This document shows positions 27,643 to 36,531 of a DNA stretch of 64,000 nt, piece by piece; the first letter of the stretch is position 1, and each line of letters opens with the position of its first letter. The position numbers and the translations under genes are program-made. The notes below the pieces were generated by a model. The model ran no database searches. It saw only the letters and a program-made list of their open reading frames with translations, and was not told the DNA's origin. The stretch covers positions 32,001-96,000 of the forward strand of contig JBFLZG010000114.1 in the NCBI GenBank assembly GCA_040756235.1, given 5' to 3'. The DNA is from a bacterium. Lineage in GTDB: Bacteria > Desulfobacterota > DSWW01.

Positions 27643-28857
27643 ATGAAGAGAGGATTCGCTGCATTCGCGTTTTGTGGCGTGCTTCTCCTGGGCGCAGGGG
27701 CGGCGCAGGCCAGCGGACTGAACGGCACCTCGGTGTGGGGGACCGGAGGGGTGTCCGCACAAATGGGAGGGACCGGAACCGCCCGGCCGCTGGATTCGAC
27801 TTCCAGTGTCTTGCGCAACCCTGCGGGTCTTTCTCTTCAAGAGCGGCCCATAGCCAACCTGGACTTCACCTGGCTGCGGACCGACACGAACGGTGACTAT
27901 GAGTACCCCGCGGCCCTGGGGGGGCCCTGGGAGGGACAGTCCAACGAGCGGAACTACCCTCTTTTCGCCACGGCCATTGCCTACCCTCTGAGCCAGACGA
28001 GCCAGCTGAAAGGCATCCCCTTGAGCATCGGGGCCGGGCTGGACGTTTCCGCGGGCGCGGGTACGGACTGGGTGGCTTCGCCGCTGGGCTTGAAAAGCCT
28101 CTACCTGGTCTTCTCGGGTGCCGTCTGCGCCAGCTACAAGATCGGCAACCTCTCCATCGGCGCCGGCCCGAGAGTCAATTTCGGCCTGGTGGATCTCGGA
28201 TTCGGCCATCACCTCGACAGCGACGTGGGGGCGCAGGCGGGCGTGATCTATTCCCTGGAGCCCTGGACCTTCGGCGCTTCGTACATCAGCAGCATCGCGC
28301 TGGAGTTCCCGAGGGCCTGCGACATCGATTTTGACGGGGTGATGGACAACTTGACCATCGAGGAACCCCACCAGGTCTACTTCGGAATATCCTACAAGGG
28401 CTTTGAGAAGTGGGTCTTCAATGCCGAGGGCCGATGGTTGAACTACGGGGGAGCGGACTTTTACAAGGATATCGACTGGAAGGACGTATGGGGGGGCAGT
28501 TTCGGCGTGCAGTACGCTCTCTTCCCGTGGCTCAACGTGCGGGCCGGGTATCTTTACAACACCAACCCGGTCGAAGAGCACGACGGGTTCGACTTCGGCG
28601 GTTTTCGTGACATCCAGGGCCACCAAATGCCGAACGCGGTGTATGAAGTCATGCACCTCACCTGCCTTCCGCTCTTTTGCATGCACCACGTCGGCGGGGG
28701 CGTGGGAATCACCATCGTCGACGGCCTCATGATCAACTTGGGCGCGACGTATGATTTCGAGAACACGAACGAGTACAAAGACTCGACCGGGACGTTCTCC
28801 GTGAAGCAGGACCTGAGCATCATCACCTTCGACGTGGGCCTGCAATTCACCTTTTGA
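27643..28857 (+). CDS. FadL/TodX-family outer-membrane channel for hydrophobic compounds
   Basis: Signal peptide, MGGTGTA and NPAGL hatch motifs, amphipathic beta-strands, VRAGYLYNTNPV, terminal Phe. Confidence 0.85.
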   Translation: MKRGFAAFAFCGVLLLGAGAAQASGLNGTSVWGTGGVSAQMGGTGTARPLDSTSSVLRNPAGLSLQERPIANLDFTWLRTDTNGDYEYPAALGGPWEGQSNERNYPLFATAIAYPLSQTSQLKGIPLSIGAGLDVSAGAGTDWVASPLGLKSLYLVFSGAVCASYKIGNLSIGAGPRVNFGLVDLGFGHHLDSDVGAQAGVIYSLEPWTFGASYISSIALEFPRACDIDFDGVMDNLTIEEPHQVYFGISYKGFEKWVFNAEGRWLNYGGADFYKDIDWKDVWGGSFGVQYALFPWLNVRAGYLYNTNPVEEHDGFDFGGFRDIQGHQMPNAVYEVMHLTCLPLFCMHHVGGGVGITIVDGLMINLGATYDFENTNEYKDSTGTFSVKQDLSIITFDVGLQFTF

Positions 28858-28965
28858 TGGCTTCAGCGGCGCGTACCGGTGTAAACTTGAGGAAGATCTG
28901 CCGGGGCAGATCCGCCGAATCGGGAGTCAACACTGGATGACCGGGTCGGGAGAGGAGGTACGGAG

Positions 28966-30294
28966 ATGGAAGAGCAATACGACGTCATCGTGGTCGGTAC
29001 CGGCCCTGCCGGGGCGACGATTGCCGCGCAGATGGCCAGGGCCGGGCAGAGAGTCCTCATGCTGGAAAAAGGCGCTTACCACCCGTCATGGCTGCTCGGC
29101 AACCAGTTAACTGCCCTGCTTCATTTCGACAAACTGGGGCTCCTGGCCACCAAAGAGAACATGATGGTCGCCCGCTGCATTACGGTGGGCGGGTCCGCGG
29201 TCATGAGTTGCGGCTCTGCAACGCCTCCCTACCCGGGGATGTTCGAGGGTGTCGGAGTGGATCTTACGGAAGAGGTCAAAGAGGCTCACGCATACATGAA
29301 GATCGATGACGACTTCCCGGAGCATCTCATCGGCAAGGGCCAGATGAGGCTCATGGAGGTTGCCAACAGTCTCGGGCACAACTTCCGCAAGCTCCCGAAA
29401 TTCATCGACCGGAACAAGTGCAGAGGGGGGGCCTGTATGAAGGGCTGCCCGACCGGGGCCAAGTGGTCCGGACGTGTGCCGGTGGAGGAGGCCCGTTCGC
29501 ACGGGGCCCGGCTGGTTACCAGAGCCGAGGTGGTCCGTGCGATTACCGAGGGCGGTGAAGCCACAGGAGTCGTGACCAAGAATGGAGACAAGTACTTCGG
29601 CAAGACGGTGGTCCTGTGCGCCGGAGGGCTTGCGTCCCCTCTGATCCTGCGCAATTCCGGTGTGAAGGAGGCCGGAGACAAGTTCGGCTTCGATGCCCTG
29701 TGGTTCACCTACGGCTTCAGCAAGGAGAACCCCACGGCCTTTGACATCGACATGGGGATCTACGACGACACCTATCTCCGGAGCGACGGGTTCGTGCTCT
29801 CGCCGGTCATGCATACCTGGGGCATGTACCTGGCGTCTGCAACGGTGGGCGGAGGCTGGTCCTACCTTCCGAAATTCGCCAAATTCGGCAAGGCCGTGAG
29901 CGTCATGACCAAGGTCAAGGATGACCTGGGGGGAGCCATCTACGACGACGGTTCCTTCTCCAAGCCTCTGACCGAGAGAGACTGGAAGAAGCTCAAGAAA
30001 GGTGAGGAAATCGCCACCCGGATCCTCAAGCAAGCAGGCTGCGAAGATATCTTCTCCTGCAAGCCTTTTGCCGCCCATCCGTGCGCCTCGGTGCGCATCG
30101 GCGACCACATCGACACGAACTTCGAAAGCAAGATCAAGAATCTCTTTGTCTGTGACACAAGCTCCTTCCCCGAGTCGATGGGGTTGCCCTGTGTGTGGAC
30201 CTGTACGACCCTCGGGCTCAAGATGTCCAAGATCCTCAAGCAGAGGCTCGAGGTCGCACAGGTCAAGGCCGCGCCGCTTCCGAGGGCGAGGTGA
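28966..30294 (+). CDS. GMC-family FAD oxidoreductase
   Basis: YDVIVVGTGPAGA, VGGSAV, CRGGACMKGCPTGAKW, VVLCAGGLASPLIL..SG, AHPCAS, NLFVCDTSSFP. Confidence 0.85.
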   Translation: MEEQYDVIVVGTGPAGATIAAQMARAGQRVLMLEKGAYHPSWLLGNQLTALLHFDKLGLLATKENMMVARCITVGGSAVMSCGSATPPYPGMFEGVGVDLTEEVKEAHAYMKIDDDFPEHLIGKGQMRLMEVANSLGHNFRKLPKFIDRNKCRGGACMKGCPTGAKWSGRVPVEEARSHGARLVTRAEVVRAITEGGEATGVVTKNGDKYFGKTVVLCAGGLASPLILRNSGVKEAGDKFGFDALWFTYGFSKENPTAFDIDMGIYDDTYLRSDGFVLSPVMHTWGMYLASATVGGGWSYLPKFAKFGKAVSVMTKVKDDLGGAIYDDGSFSKPLTERDWKKLKKGEEIATRILKQAGCEDIFSCKPFAAHPCASVRIGDHIDTNFESKIKNLFVCDTSSFPESMGLPCVWTCTTLGLKMSKILKQRLEVAQVKAAPLPRAR

Positions 30295-30338
30295 AGCCGT
30301 TCTGAGCCCCATGCGGCTTTGGGAAAGGAGATCCGGCC

Positions 30339-31286
30339 ATGGTCAAGGAATCCACGAAGAACTTCTGGAAGATGCACGGAGAGAATGCCAAGGGGCTGCT
30401 GCGCGTCTTCAACATGATCCACGGGTATCTTTACTACACGATTTATGATCACTACGTCATCGCCGCGAGCACCATTCTGCGCTGGCTCGGGCGCCATCCG
30501 GACTGGGCCCTCACGCCGAAGTTCTACGACTACGTGATGGGGCGGTACCACTGCAAGGTGATGGTCCCCCAGGACATGGAGAAGCTGCTCAAGGTCGACC
30601 AGGACATCACGGTCCCCCGGGATGTCGCCAAGAAAGTCGTCCCCTTCGATCTCGCGAACAAGATCATCATCAAGAACTACGACCAGCTTGCGCTCGTGGA
30701 CTGCCCGTGCAGGCTCGAGAAGGCCGCCCTGGGACGCGAACCCTGCCAACCCATCAACACCTGCCTCTTCTTCGGCAAGGTCGGCGTGGACTTCGTAACC
30801 AGCCACATGCCCAGAATGCACGCGCGGCGGGTGACGCAGGAGGAAGCGCTCGCCCAGCTCCGCTCCAACGCACGGAAGGGTTACGCCTTCTCGATATGGT
30901 CCAAAGATGCGACCGGCTACCGGTCGGGCGTGCTTTGTTCCTGCTGCAGCTGCTGCTGCTTCGGCACAGAGGTGGAGCGCATGGCCCGCAGGATTCCCGG
31001 CCTCGGACCTCTCAACATCACGGCTCCGTCAGGCTACGCGGTCGTCACCGACCTGAAGAAGTGCAAGGCCGACGGCGCCTGCACCGTCTGTCCCTATCAA
31101 GCGAGGGAAGTCGTTCAGACCGGGGAAGGGAAGAAGCTCGTGTATCACGATGATCTCTGCATGGGCTGCGGCGCCTGCGTGCAGCGGTGTCCCCATGAGG
31201 CGATCCAGCTCGTGCGCGACGAAAAGAAAGGCGTGCCGTTCGATGTCGAGGCGCTCCGCAGGCAGGCCGGGCAGGTGAGGCCTTAG
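30339..31286 (+). CDS. Cys-rich 4Fe-4S dicluster protein
   Basis: DCPCR, PCQPINTC and LCSCCSCCC, then ferredoxin motifs CKADGACTVCP and CMGCGACVQRCP. Confidence 0.85.
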   Translation: MVKESTKNFWKMHGENAKGLLRVFNMIHGYLYYTIYDHYVIAASTILRWLGRHPDWALTPKFYDYVMGRYHCKVMVPQDMEKLLKVDQDITVPRDVAKKVVPFDLANKIIIKNYDQLALVDCPCRLEKAALGREPCQPINTCLFFGKVGVDFVTSHMPRMHARRVTQEEALAQLRSNARKGYAFSIWSKDATGYRSGVLCSCCSCCCFGTEVERMARRIPGLGPLNITAPSGYAVVTDLKKCKADGACTVCPYQAREVVQTGEGKKLVYHDDLCMGCGACVQRCPHEAIQLVRDEKKGVPFDVEALRRQAGQVRP

Positions 31287-31304
31287 CGGGGGAAGGAGAA
31301 CGCC

Positions 31305-31457
31305 ATGGCGGCGAGAATGTATTACTACAGCAAGAGATGGATACGGGCGAAAAGGTTTCTATTCACCGAGATATGGGCGGTTCCCCTGCTGTTCGTTGCG
31401 GTCAACCTGGGAAGGCTGATTTCACGGCTGACCGAGAAAAGAAGTCTGAAACCCTGA
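31305..31457 (+). CDS. Putative 50-aa small membrane protein (below the ORF-track cut-off)
   Basis: RBS AAGGAG 6 nt before the ATG. Translation MAARMYYYSKRWIRAKRFLFTEIWAVPLLFVAVNLGRLISRLTEKRSLKP, with a central hydrophobic stretch. Starts 18 bp after the upstream stop. Confidence 0.55.
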   Translation: MAARMYYYSKRWIRAKRFLFTEIWAVPLLFVAVNLGRLISRLTEKRSLKP

Positions 31458-31590
31458 GTCCCCGGGCGGCTGCCGTCCGGCGGCGCTGCGGCGCGCGCCT
31501 GCGCTCGAGCTTTCTCGCCCTGTTCGGACCGGCTCGCGGCCGGGTGCCGCGCTGATCGGAGGTCGCAGGCCCGCATCGAGGAGGCGCTTC

Positions 31591-31932
31591 TTGCACGAGC
31601 TCGGGATTGCCCAGAGTATTGTCGACATCGTCCTTCGCACGGTCATGCAGAACGGGGGAGGCAAGATCGCCACCGTGAGGATCCAGGCGGGCGAAATGCG
31701 CTCCATCATCGCCGATCAGCTCACCTTCTGTTTTGCTTTCGCCGCCAAAGACACCCCCGTGGAAGGGGCCAGGCTGGAAGTCGAGGTGCTGCCGATCGAA
31801 GCCCTCTGTGAGGATTGTCGCCAGGAGTTCCGCGTGAGAGGCTTCCGGTTTCAATGCCCGGAATGCAGGGGGGCTTCGGTCCGAGTGCTCCGGGGCCAGG
31901 AGCTGCGCGTGAAAGAGATCGAGCTGCAGTAA
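31591..31932 (+). CDS. hypA: Nickel metallochaperone HypA
   Basis: TTG start after GAGGAGG; N-terminal MHE Ni motif, CEDC and CPEC zinc motifs, GQELRVKEIE. Confidence 0.92.
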   Translation: MHELGIAQSIVDIVLRTVMQNGGGKIATVRIQAGEMRSIIADQLTFCFAFAAKDTPVEGARLEVEVLPIEALCEDCRQEFRVRGFRFQCPECRGASVRVLRGQELRVKEIELQ

Positions 31933-32145
31933 GCCGGCTCCATCCGGCCGCTTCCCGTTGAAAGGCCAACCTGCTTCTGCTGATGCCCCGCAGCGTCCCG
32001 GTCGCCGCCTTCATTCGGCTTCCGACCGAGGAGACCCTCGAGACGGGTACGTCGTTTCGGGCTCGCAAAACGGTTGCGGGTGGAACAGGGCGGGACGGCG
32101 TGGTGGGCGACCGACAAACGTCCAGGCTGTCGGGACAGGCTCTGC

Positions 32146-34161
32146 CTAGCTCTTCTCGGGTTTCCTCCCGGAGGGCCGGCAAACACCATATCTCTTGCGC
32201 CTCCGGTACATCGTGCTCCGGGACATGCCGAGCCTTTGCGCCGCTTCGCCGATGTTGCCTCGGGCGGACTCGAGCGCCTCGAGCAGCAGGCTCTTTTCAG
32301 TTCGCGCGATGCGATCGAGCTGCGGGGCAAGGGCGGCCCCGGCCGGAGGGAGCCTCAGGATGTGGTCCGGCAGGTGCTCGGGCAGCAGGGTCTCGCCTTC
32401 GCACAGATGGAGCGCGAACTCGATGCAGTTCTCCAGCTCCCGGATGTTCCCGGGCCAGGTGTGGACGCGGAACCTGTCGAGTACGTCGGGGTGGACCTTG
32501 GAGACCTTCGCTCCGGACTTCCGGGCAGACTTCTTCAGGAAATGGGGGGTGAGCTCTTCCAGGTCCTCCATCCGTTCCCGCAGGGCGGGAAGCCGGATGC
32601 GGACGATGTTGAGCCGGTAGAGAAGGTCCTGGCGGAAGCCGATTTCCTTCCTCTGCTCTTCCAGGAAGGTGCTGGAGGCAGCGATGATCCTCACGTTGAT
32701 GTGCTTGTACTCGTGGTCGCCCAGCCGCACGATCTCCCCGTTCTCCAGGACACGGAGGAGCTTGGCCTGGAGGCCCGAAGACATGGAGTTGATCTCATCG
32801 AGGAAGATCGTGCCGCCGTCGGCCTGCTCGAACTTGCCCTTCTTGCCGTCCTTGCTGGCGCCGGTGAAGGCGCCCCGCTGGTAACCGAACAGCTCGCTCT
32901 CCACCAGCTCCCGGGGGATCGCGGCGCAGTTGATCGGCACGAACGGGCCGTCCTTCCTCAGGCTCTGGTTGTGGATGGCCTGGGCGAACATCTCCTTGCC
33001 GGTCCCGGTTTCGCCTTCGAGAAGAATGGGCAGATCGGTGGCAGCGAACCGTTGCGCCAGCTGGATGGCTCTGCGGATCGGCGCGGACTTCCCCCGGATG
33101 TCGCCGAAGGTATAAGGGGTCATGCCGCAGCTCGCCTTGGGAGACGGGCTCCAGGCGCGCCTCTCCTCCTCGAATACGAGCATGGCCGCGAGCGACCCGG
33201 CTCCCCGCTCCTGGAGGGGGATGCTGCGGGCGATCAGTCTCCTGTCCTCTCCCCCGAGCCTCCGGACCCTGAAAGGTGCATTTGCAGGCTTCTGCCCGGA
33301 CAGGCAGAGGGCGAGGTCTTCGGATTCCATCGACTGGCCGTAGTGGGCTCCCACCAGCTCGGCCAGCGGCTTGCGGAACAGATCCGCTGCGCTCTGGTTG
33401 GCGTGGAGAATCCTTCCCGTCCGGTCGAGGACCACGATGGGGTTGGGGGTTAGGCCGGACGTGCAGTCCAGGACCTGCCTGGCCTCTTCCATCTGGTTCA
33501 GCAATTGCTGGACGTGCAGATTCGACTGAATGGAGCGCGCCGCCGTCATGGTGAGGCCCAGGGCAAGACGCACGGACTCCGCACGTTCATAGGAGGTCGT
33601 CACGTCCAGGCAACCGCGGAGCCGGCCGCTCAAGTCGAAAATGGGAGCCGCAGTGCAGCAGAACCAGTGATAGATCTGGCTGTAATGCTCCTCCTGGATG
33701 AGGATGATCGGTTTGTGGTCGATCAGGACGATGCCGGGCGCCGTGCTGCCCAGCACGACCTCGCTGCAGTTCCCGCCCGCGACCAGGCCGGTTTCCACAA
33801 AGCCCTCGAGGACCCTTCCTGCGCCGGACTGATAGAGGATGTTGCCCTCGCGGTCAGACAAGAGGATCGCGTGAGAGAGCTTGGACAGGCTCTTTTCCAG
33901 GATCTCCAGGCTGGAGCGGGAGACTTCCGCCAGAGGAGCGCATGTGCGGATGAAGCGCGCCAGCTCCTGTTCGGAGGCGACCTCGGAGATGTTGATCCCG
34001 CGGGGATCCAGATTGGCCTCCCTGCAGCGCTGCCAGGAAGTCGCGACGCGAGGGGGAGAAGAGGGGAGAAGCGCGCCTCCGCGTGCGAAGGCCTCCCAGG
34101 CATCGAAGCGATGGCTCTTCGGGACGGCGTGCTTGATGAGCATGAGGGTGACCCGGGCCAT
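32146..34161 (-). CDS. AcoR-type sigma54-dependent activator (GAF-PAS-AAA+-HTH)
   Basis: SWQRC, GSTAPG...EEHY...CTAAPI (GAF), GETGTGKE, GAFTGA, FLDEI, WPGNIREL, HTH GNIGEAAQRLGMSRSTMYRR. Start uncertain (34161 or 34143). Confidence 0.9.
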   Translation of the reverse strand: MARVTLMLIKHAVPKSHRFDAWEAFARGGALLPSSPPRVATSWQRCREANLDPRGINISEVASEQELARFIRTCAPLAEVSRSSLEILEKSLSKLSHAILLSDREGNILYQSGAGRVLEGFVETGLVAGGNCSEVVLGSTAPGIVLIDHKPIILIQEEHYSQIYHWFCCTAAPIFDLSGRLRGCLDVTTSYERAESVRLALGLTMTAARSIQSNLHVQQLLNQMEEARQVLDCTSGLTPNPIVVLDRTGRILHANQSAADLFRKPLAELVGAHYGQSMESEDLALCLSGQKPANAPFRVRRLGGEDRRLIARSIPLQERGAGSLAAMLVFEEERRAWSPSPKASCGMTPYTFGDIRGKSAPIRRAIQLAQRFAATDLPILLEGETGTGKEMFAQAIHNQSLRKDGPFVPINCAAIPRELVESELFGYQRGAFTGASKDGKKGKFEQADGGTIFLDEINSMSSGLQAKLLRVLENGEIVRLGDHEYKHINVRIIAASSTFLEEQRKEIGFRQDLLYRLNIVRIRLPALRERMEDLEELTPHFLKKSARKSGAKVSKVHPDVLDRFRVHTWPGNIRELENCIEFALHLCEGETLLPEHLPDHILRLPPAGAALAPQLDRIARTEKSLLLEALESARGNIGEAAQRLGMSRSTMYRRRKRYGVCRPSGRKPEKS

Positions 34162-34283
34162 GCCGGAAGCGGAAGCGTCTGTCGCTTCTCGCCATGAGGC
34201 GGCACCCGGAAGCAACAGGCTACAAGGAGCCTCAGCATCTGTCAAAGGGGCCACGGCACCCGCTCCTCCCCACCCGAGACCCT

Positions 34284-34311
34284 GCAGGGGCGAAAAATCT
34301 TTCGCCCCTGC
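34284..34311. repeat. REP palindrome, GGCGAAA...TTTCGCC family
   Basis: GCAGGGGCGAAAAATCTTTCGCCCCTGC abutting the CoA ligase stop. Confidence 0.7.
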
Positions 34312-35840
34312 TAACTGCGTGCGTCGAGGTCCTTCAGGGATCGCCGCATGATCTTTCCCGTGCTCGTCTTCGGAAGGTCGGCGACGAACTGGATCAGGCG
34401 CGGGACCTTGTAGGCGGCGAGATGCTGGCGGCAGAAGGACTTGATCTCGTCCTCCGTGGTGGCGGTCATGCCCGGTTTGAGCACGATGTAGGCTTTCGCA
34501 AGCTCGCCCTTCACTTCGTCGGGGACGGCACCGACGGCGGCCATGGCCACGGCCGGGTGCTGCAGGAGCACGCGGTCGATCTCGGCCGGATAGACGTTGT
34601 AGCCGCCGGTCAGGATCATGTCCTTGCAGCGGTCGACGATGCAAATGTAGCCGTCTTCGTCCATGGTCGCGACATCGCCCGTGTGCAGCCACCCGTCCGG
34701 CTCGATCGCCTCGCGGGTGGCCTCTTCATTGCCGAAGTACCCCTTCATGACGATGGCGCCCTTGAACATCAGCTCGCCCGGCTCTCCCGGGCCGAGGGCC
34801 CGGGCCGGGTCGAGGATGTCAACGATCTTGACCCGGCAGTACGGGAGCGGAATCCCGATCGAGCCGTGCCGGTTCTCGCCCAGCAGGGGGTGCGTCGTAC
34901 CCAGACCCGAGATTTCGGTCATGCCCCAGAGCTCGAGCAACGGGCACCCGAAGCGCTTCTCCACCTCCTGCTCCACGTGGACCGAAATCGTTTGCCCGCC
35001 GACCGTGCATTTCTTCAACGAGCTCGTATCACAGCGGTCCATGCCGGCGTGGCTCAGCAGCATCATGTACATGCTCGGCACGCCCTCGAACATGGTCGCC
35101 CGGTGCCGGGTGATCGCGTCGAAGGCCGACTGCTCCTGGAACCTCTCGAGCAGAACCAAGGTTCCCCCGGTGAGAAAGGTGCCGTTCATGACCACGTTCC
35201 CGTACACGTGCGCCGTGGGCAGGGACGAGACCACGACGTCGTCACGGGCCTTCATGTGCATGTTGGCGGTCAGTCTCGAATTCAACAGCACCCCCCGGTG
35301 GGTGAGCATGGCGCCTTTCGGGTGGCCGGTCGTGCCCGAGGTATACCCGATGGTGGAAATTTCGTCCGGGCCCCTGTGGACGATCTCCAGCTCGTCCCGG
35401 CCCTTTTCGAGTAGCCGGTTGAAGGCGGCCGCGGGTGCCGGGGCATCGTCCCCGTAGATCACCACCTGCTTCAGGGTCTCGGCCCGGCGGGCGACCTCGA
35501 GAACCGCTTCGGCCTTGTCCGACGAGGTCAGAAGAGCCTTGGCCCCGCAGTCGTTCACCACGTAGAGGACTTCCTCCGGGGTGAGCATGACGTTCACCGG
35601 GTTCACCACGGCGCCGATCTTCAGCGCGGCGTAGTACCCGACGATCCATTCCCAGCTGTTCTGTGAATAGATCGACACCCGGTCGCCCGGGCTGATCCCG
35701 AGCCCCCTCAGGCTGTTTCCGAGCTTGCTGGAAAGGACGTGGAGGCCCCTGAAGGAAAAGGTCCTGTCCTGGTAGATCAGGGCGATCCGGTCTCCATATT
35801 GCTCGGCGCAATGGCGGATCAGCGCTCCGAGGTTTTTCAT
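34311..35840 (-). CDS. Acyl-CoA synthetase (long-chain fatty acid/aryl-CoA ligase family)
   Basis: Start MKNLGALIR; YTSGTTGHPKG, WGMTE, GWLHTGD, DRCKDMILTGGYNVYPAEI, LPKTSTGKI. Confidence 0.92.
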   Translation of the reverse strand: MKNLGALIRHCAEQYGDRIALIYQDRTFSFRGLHVLSSKLGNSLRGLGISPGDRVSIYSQNSWEWIVGYYAALKIGAVVNPVNVMLTPEEVLYVVNDCGAKALLTSSDKAEAVLEVARRAETLKQVVIYGDDAPAPAAAFNRLLEKGRDELEIVHRGPDEISTIGYTSGTTGHPKGAMLTHRGVLLNSRLTANMHMKARDDVVVSSLPTAHVYGNVVMNGTFLTGGTLVLLERFQEQSAFDAITRHRATMFEGVPSMYMMLLSHAGMDRCDTSSLKKCTVGGQTISVHVEQEVEKRFGCPLLELWGMTEISGLGTTHPLLGENRHGSIGIPLPYCRVKIVDILDPARALGPGEPGELMFKGAIVMKGYFGNEEATREAIEPDGWLHTGDVATMDEDGYICIVDRCKDMILTGGYNVYPAEIDRVLLQHPAVAMAAVGAVPDEVKGELAKAYIVLKPGMTATTEDEIKSFCRQHLAAYKVPRLIQFVADLPKTSTGKIMRRSLKDLDARS

Positions 35841-35865
35841 CCTTCTCTCCCGTGCCGAGAGGCTG

Positions 35866-35894
35866 ATGCCAGTTGTCATTATGTCAGTTGTCAA
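35866..35894 (-). promoter_or_regulatory. Tandem direct-repeat operator overlapping a TTGACA box
   Basis: ATGCCAGTTGTCA (35866-35878) and ATGTCAGTTGTCA (35881-35893). The minus strand reads TTGACAACTGACATAATGACAACTGGCAT, 25 bp upstream of the ligase ATG. Confidence 0.5.
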
Positions 35895-36531
35895 GTACGA
35901 AAGGGAGCACGGATGGCGCTGCACGGATTGCCCAGCCCGCCATCCCTTTCGTTGTGCGGGCAGGGGGATGCCTGACAATGAAGACCGAGAACTCTCTTCA
36001 GCGCCATGGGACCTCCCACCCGGCCCTTCCCCTCCTCTCCGTCCTCCAACACTCCAGGAAGGGCCGGGTGGTCTGTCCTCACCGCGTATCCGTCAACCTG
36101 TCACCAGAGAGTGGGAACCGATGCCGTCGCTTTGCGCGCGATGCCCCCAAGCCTCTGATTCAGGATCTCGGCCTGTGATGAGCAAGGCGCGTGCCGGAGG
36201 GGACCACGTGCTTCGGACTCGCGCCTCATCTGCGGAACATGGCGACGACCAAGCGAAATCCTGGACGAGCGGATCCGTGCGGAGCATGTGCTTGCCCGGC
36301 GGCTCGCGCCCGGATGGTTCAACCTTGAATGACGCGTGTTTCAACGATTCAGGCACATGACACACGGAGGGACCGATCGGGAGCGAGAACGGCCCATCAA
36401 CCTTTTTTATAATTCCCCAGCGTCACGATCGAGGTCCCGGAGAGCGGACGGTTGACAAGGCCACCTCTTTGTACTATGGGTCCGTAACTTTTGTTTGCAT
36501 CCAGGTGCAGGGAAGGTCAAAGGAGCGCATC

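Noticed and set aside
26797..31932. Hydrogenase or CO dehydrogenase gene cluster
   Set aside because: Only accessory genes are present; no structural subunit motifs were found.
36452..36477. Sigma70 promoter TTGACA...TACTAT before the SphA-type gene
   Set aside because: The spacer is only 14 nt, and no good -10 box lies at 16-18 nt, so it is not listed as a feature.
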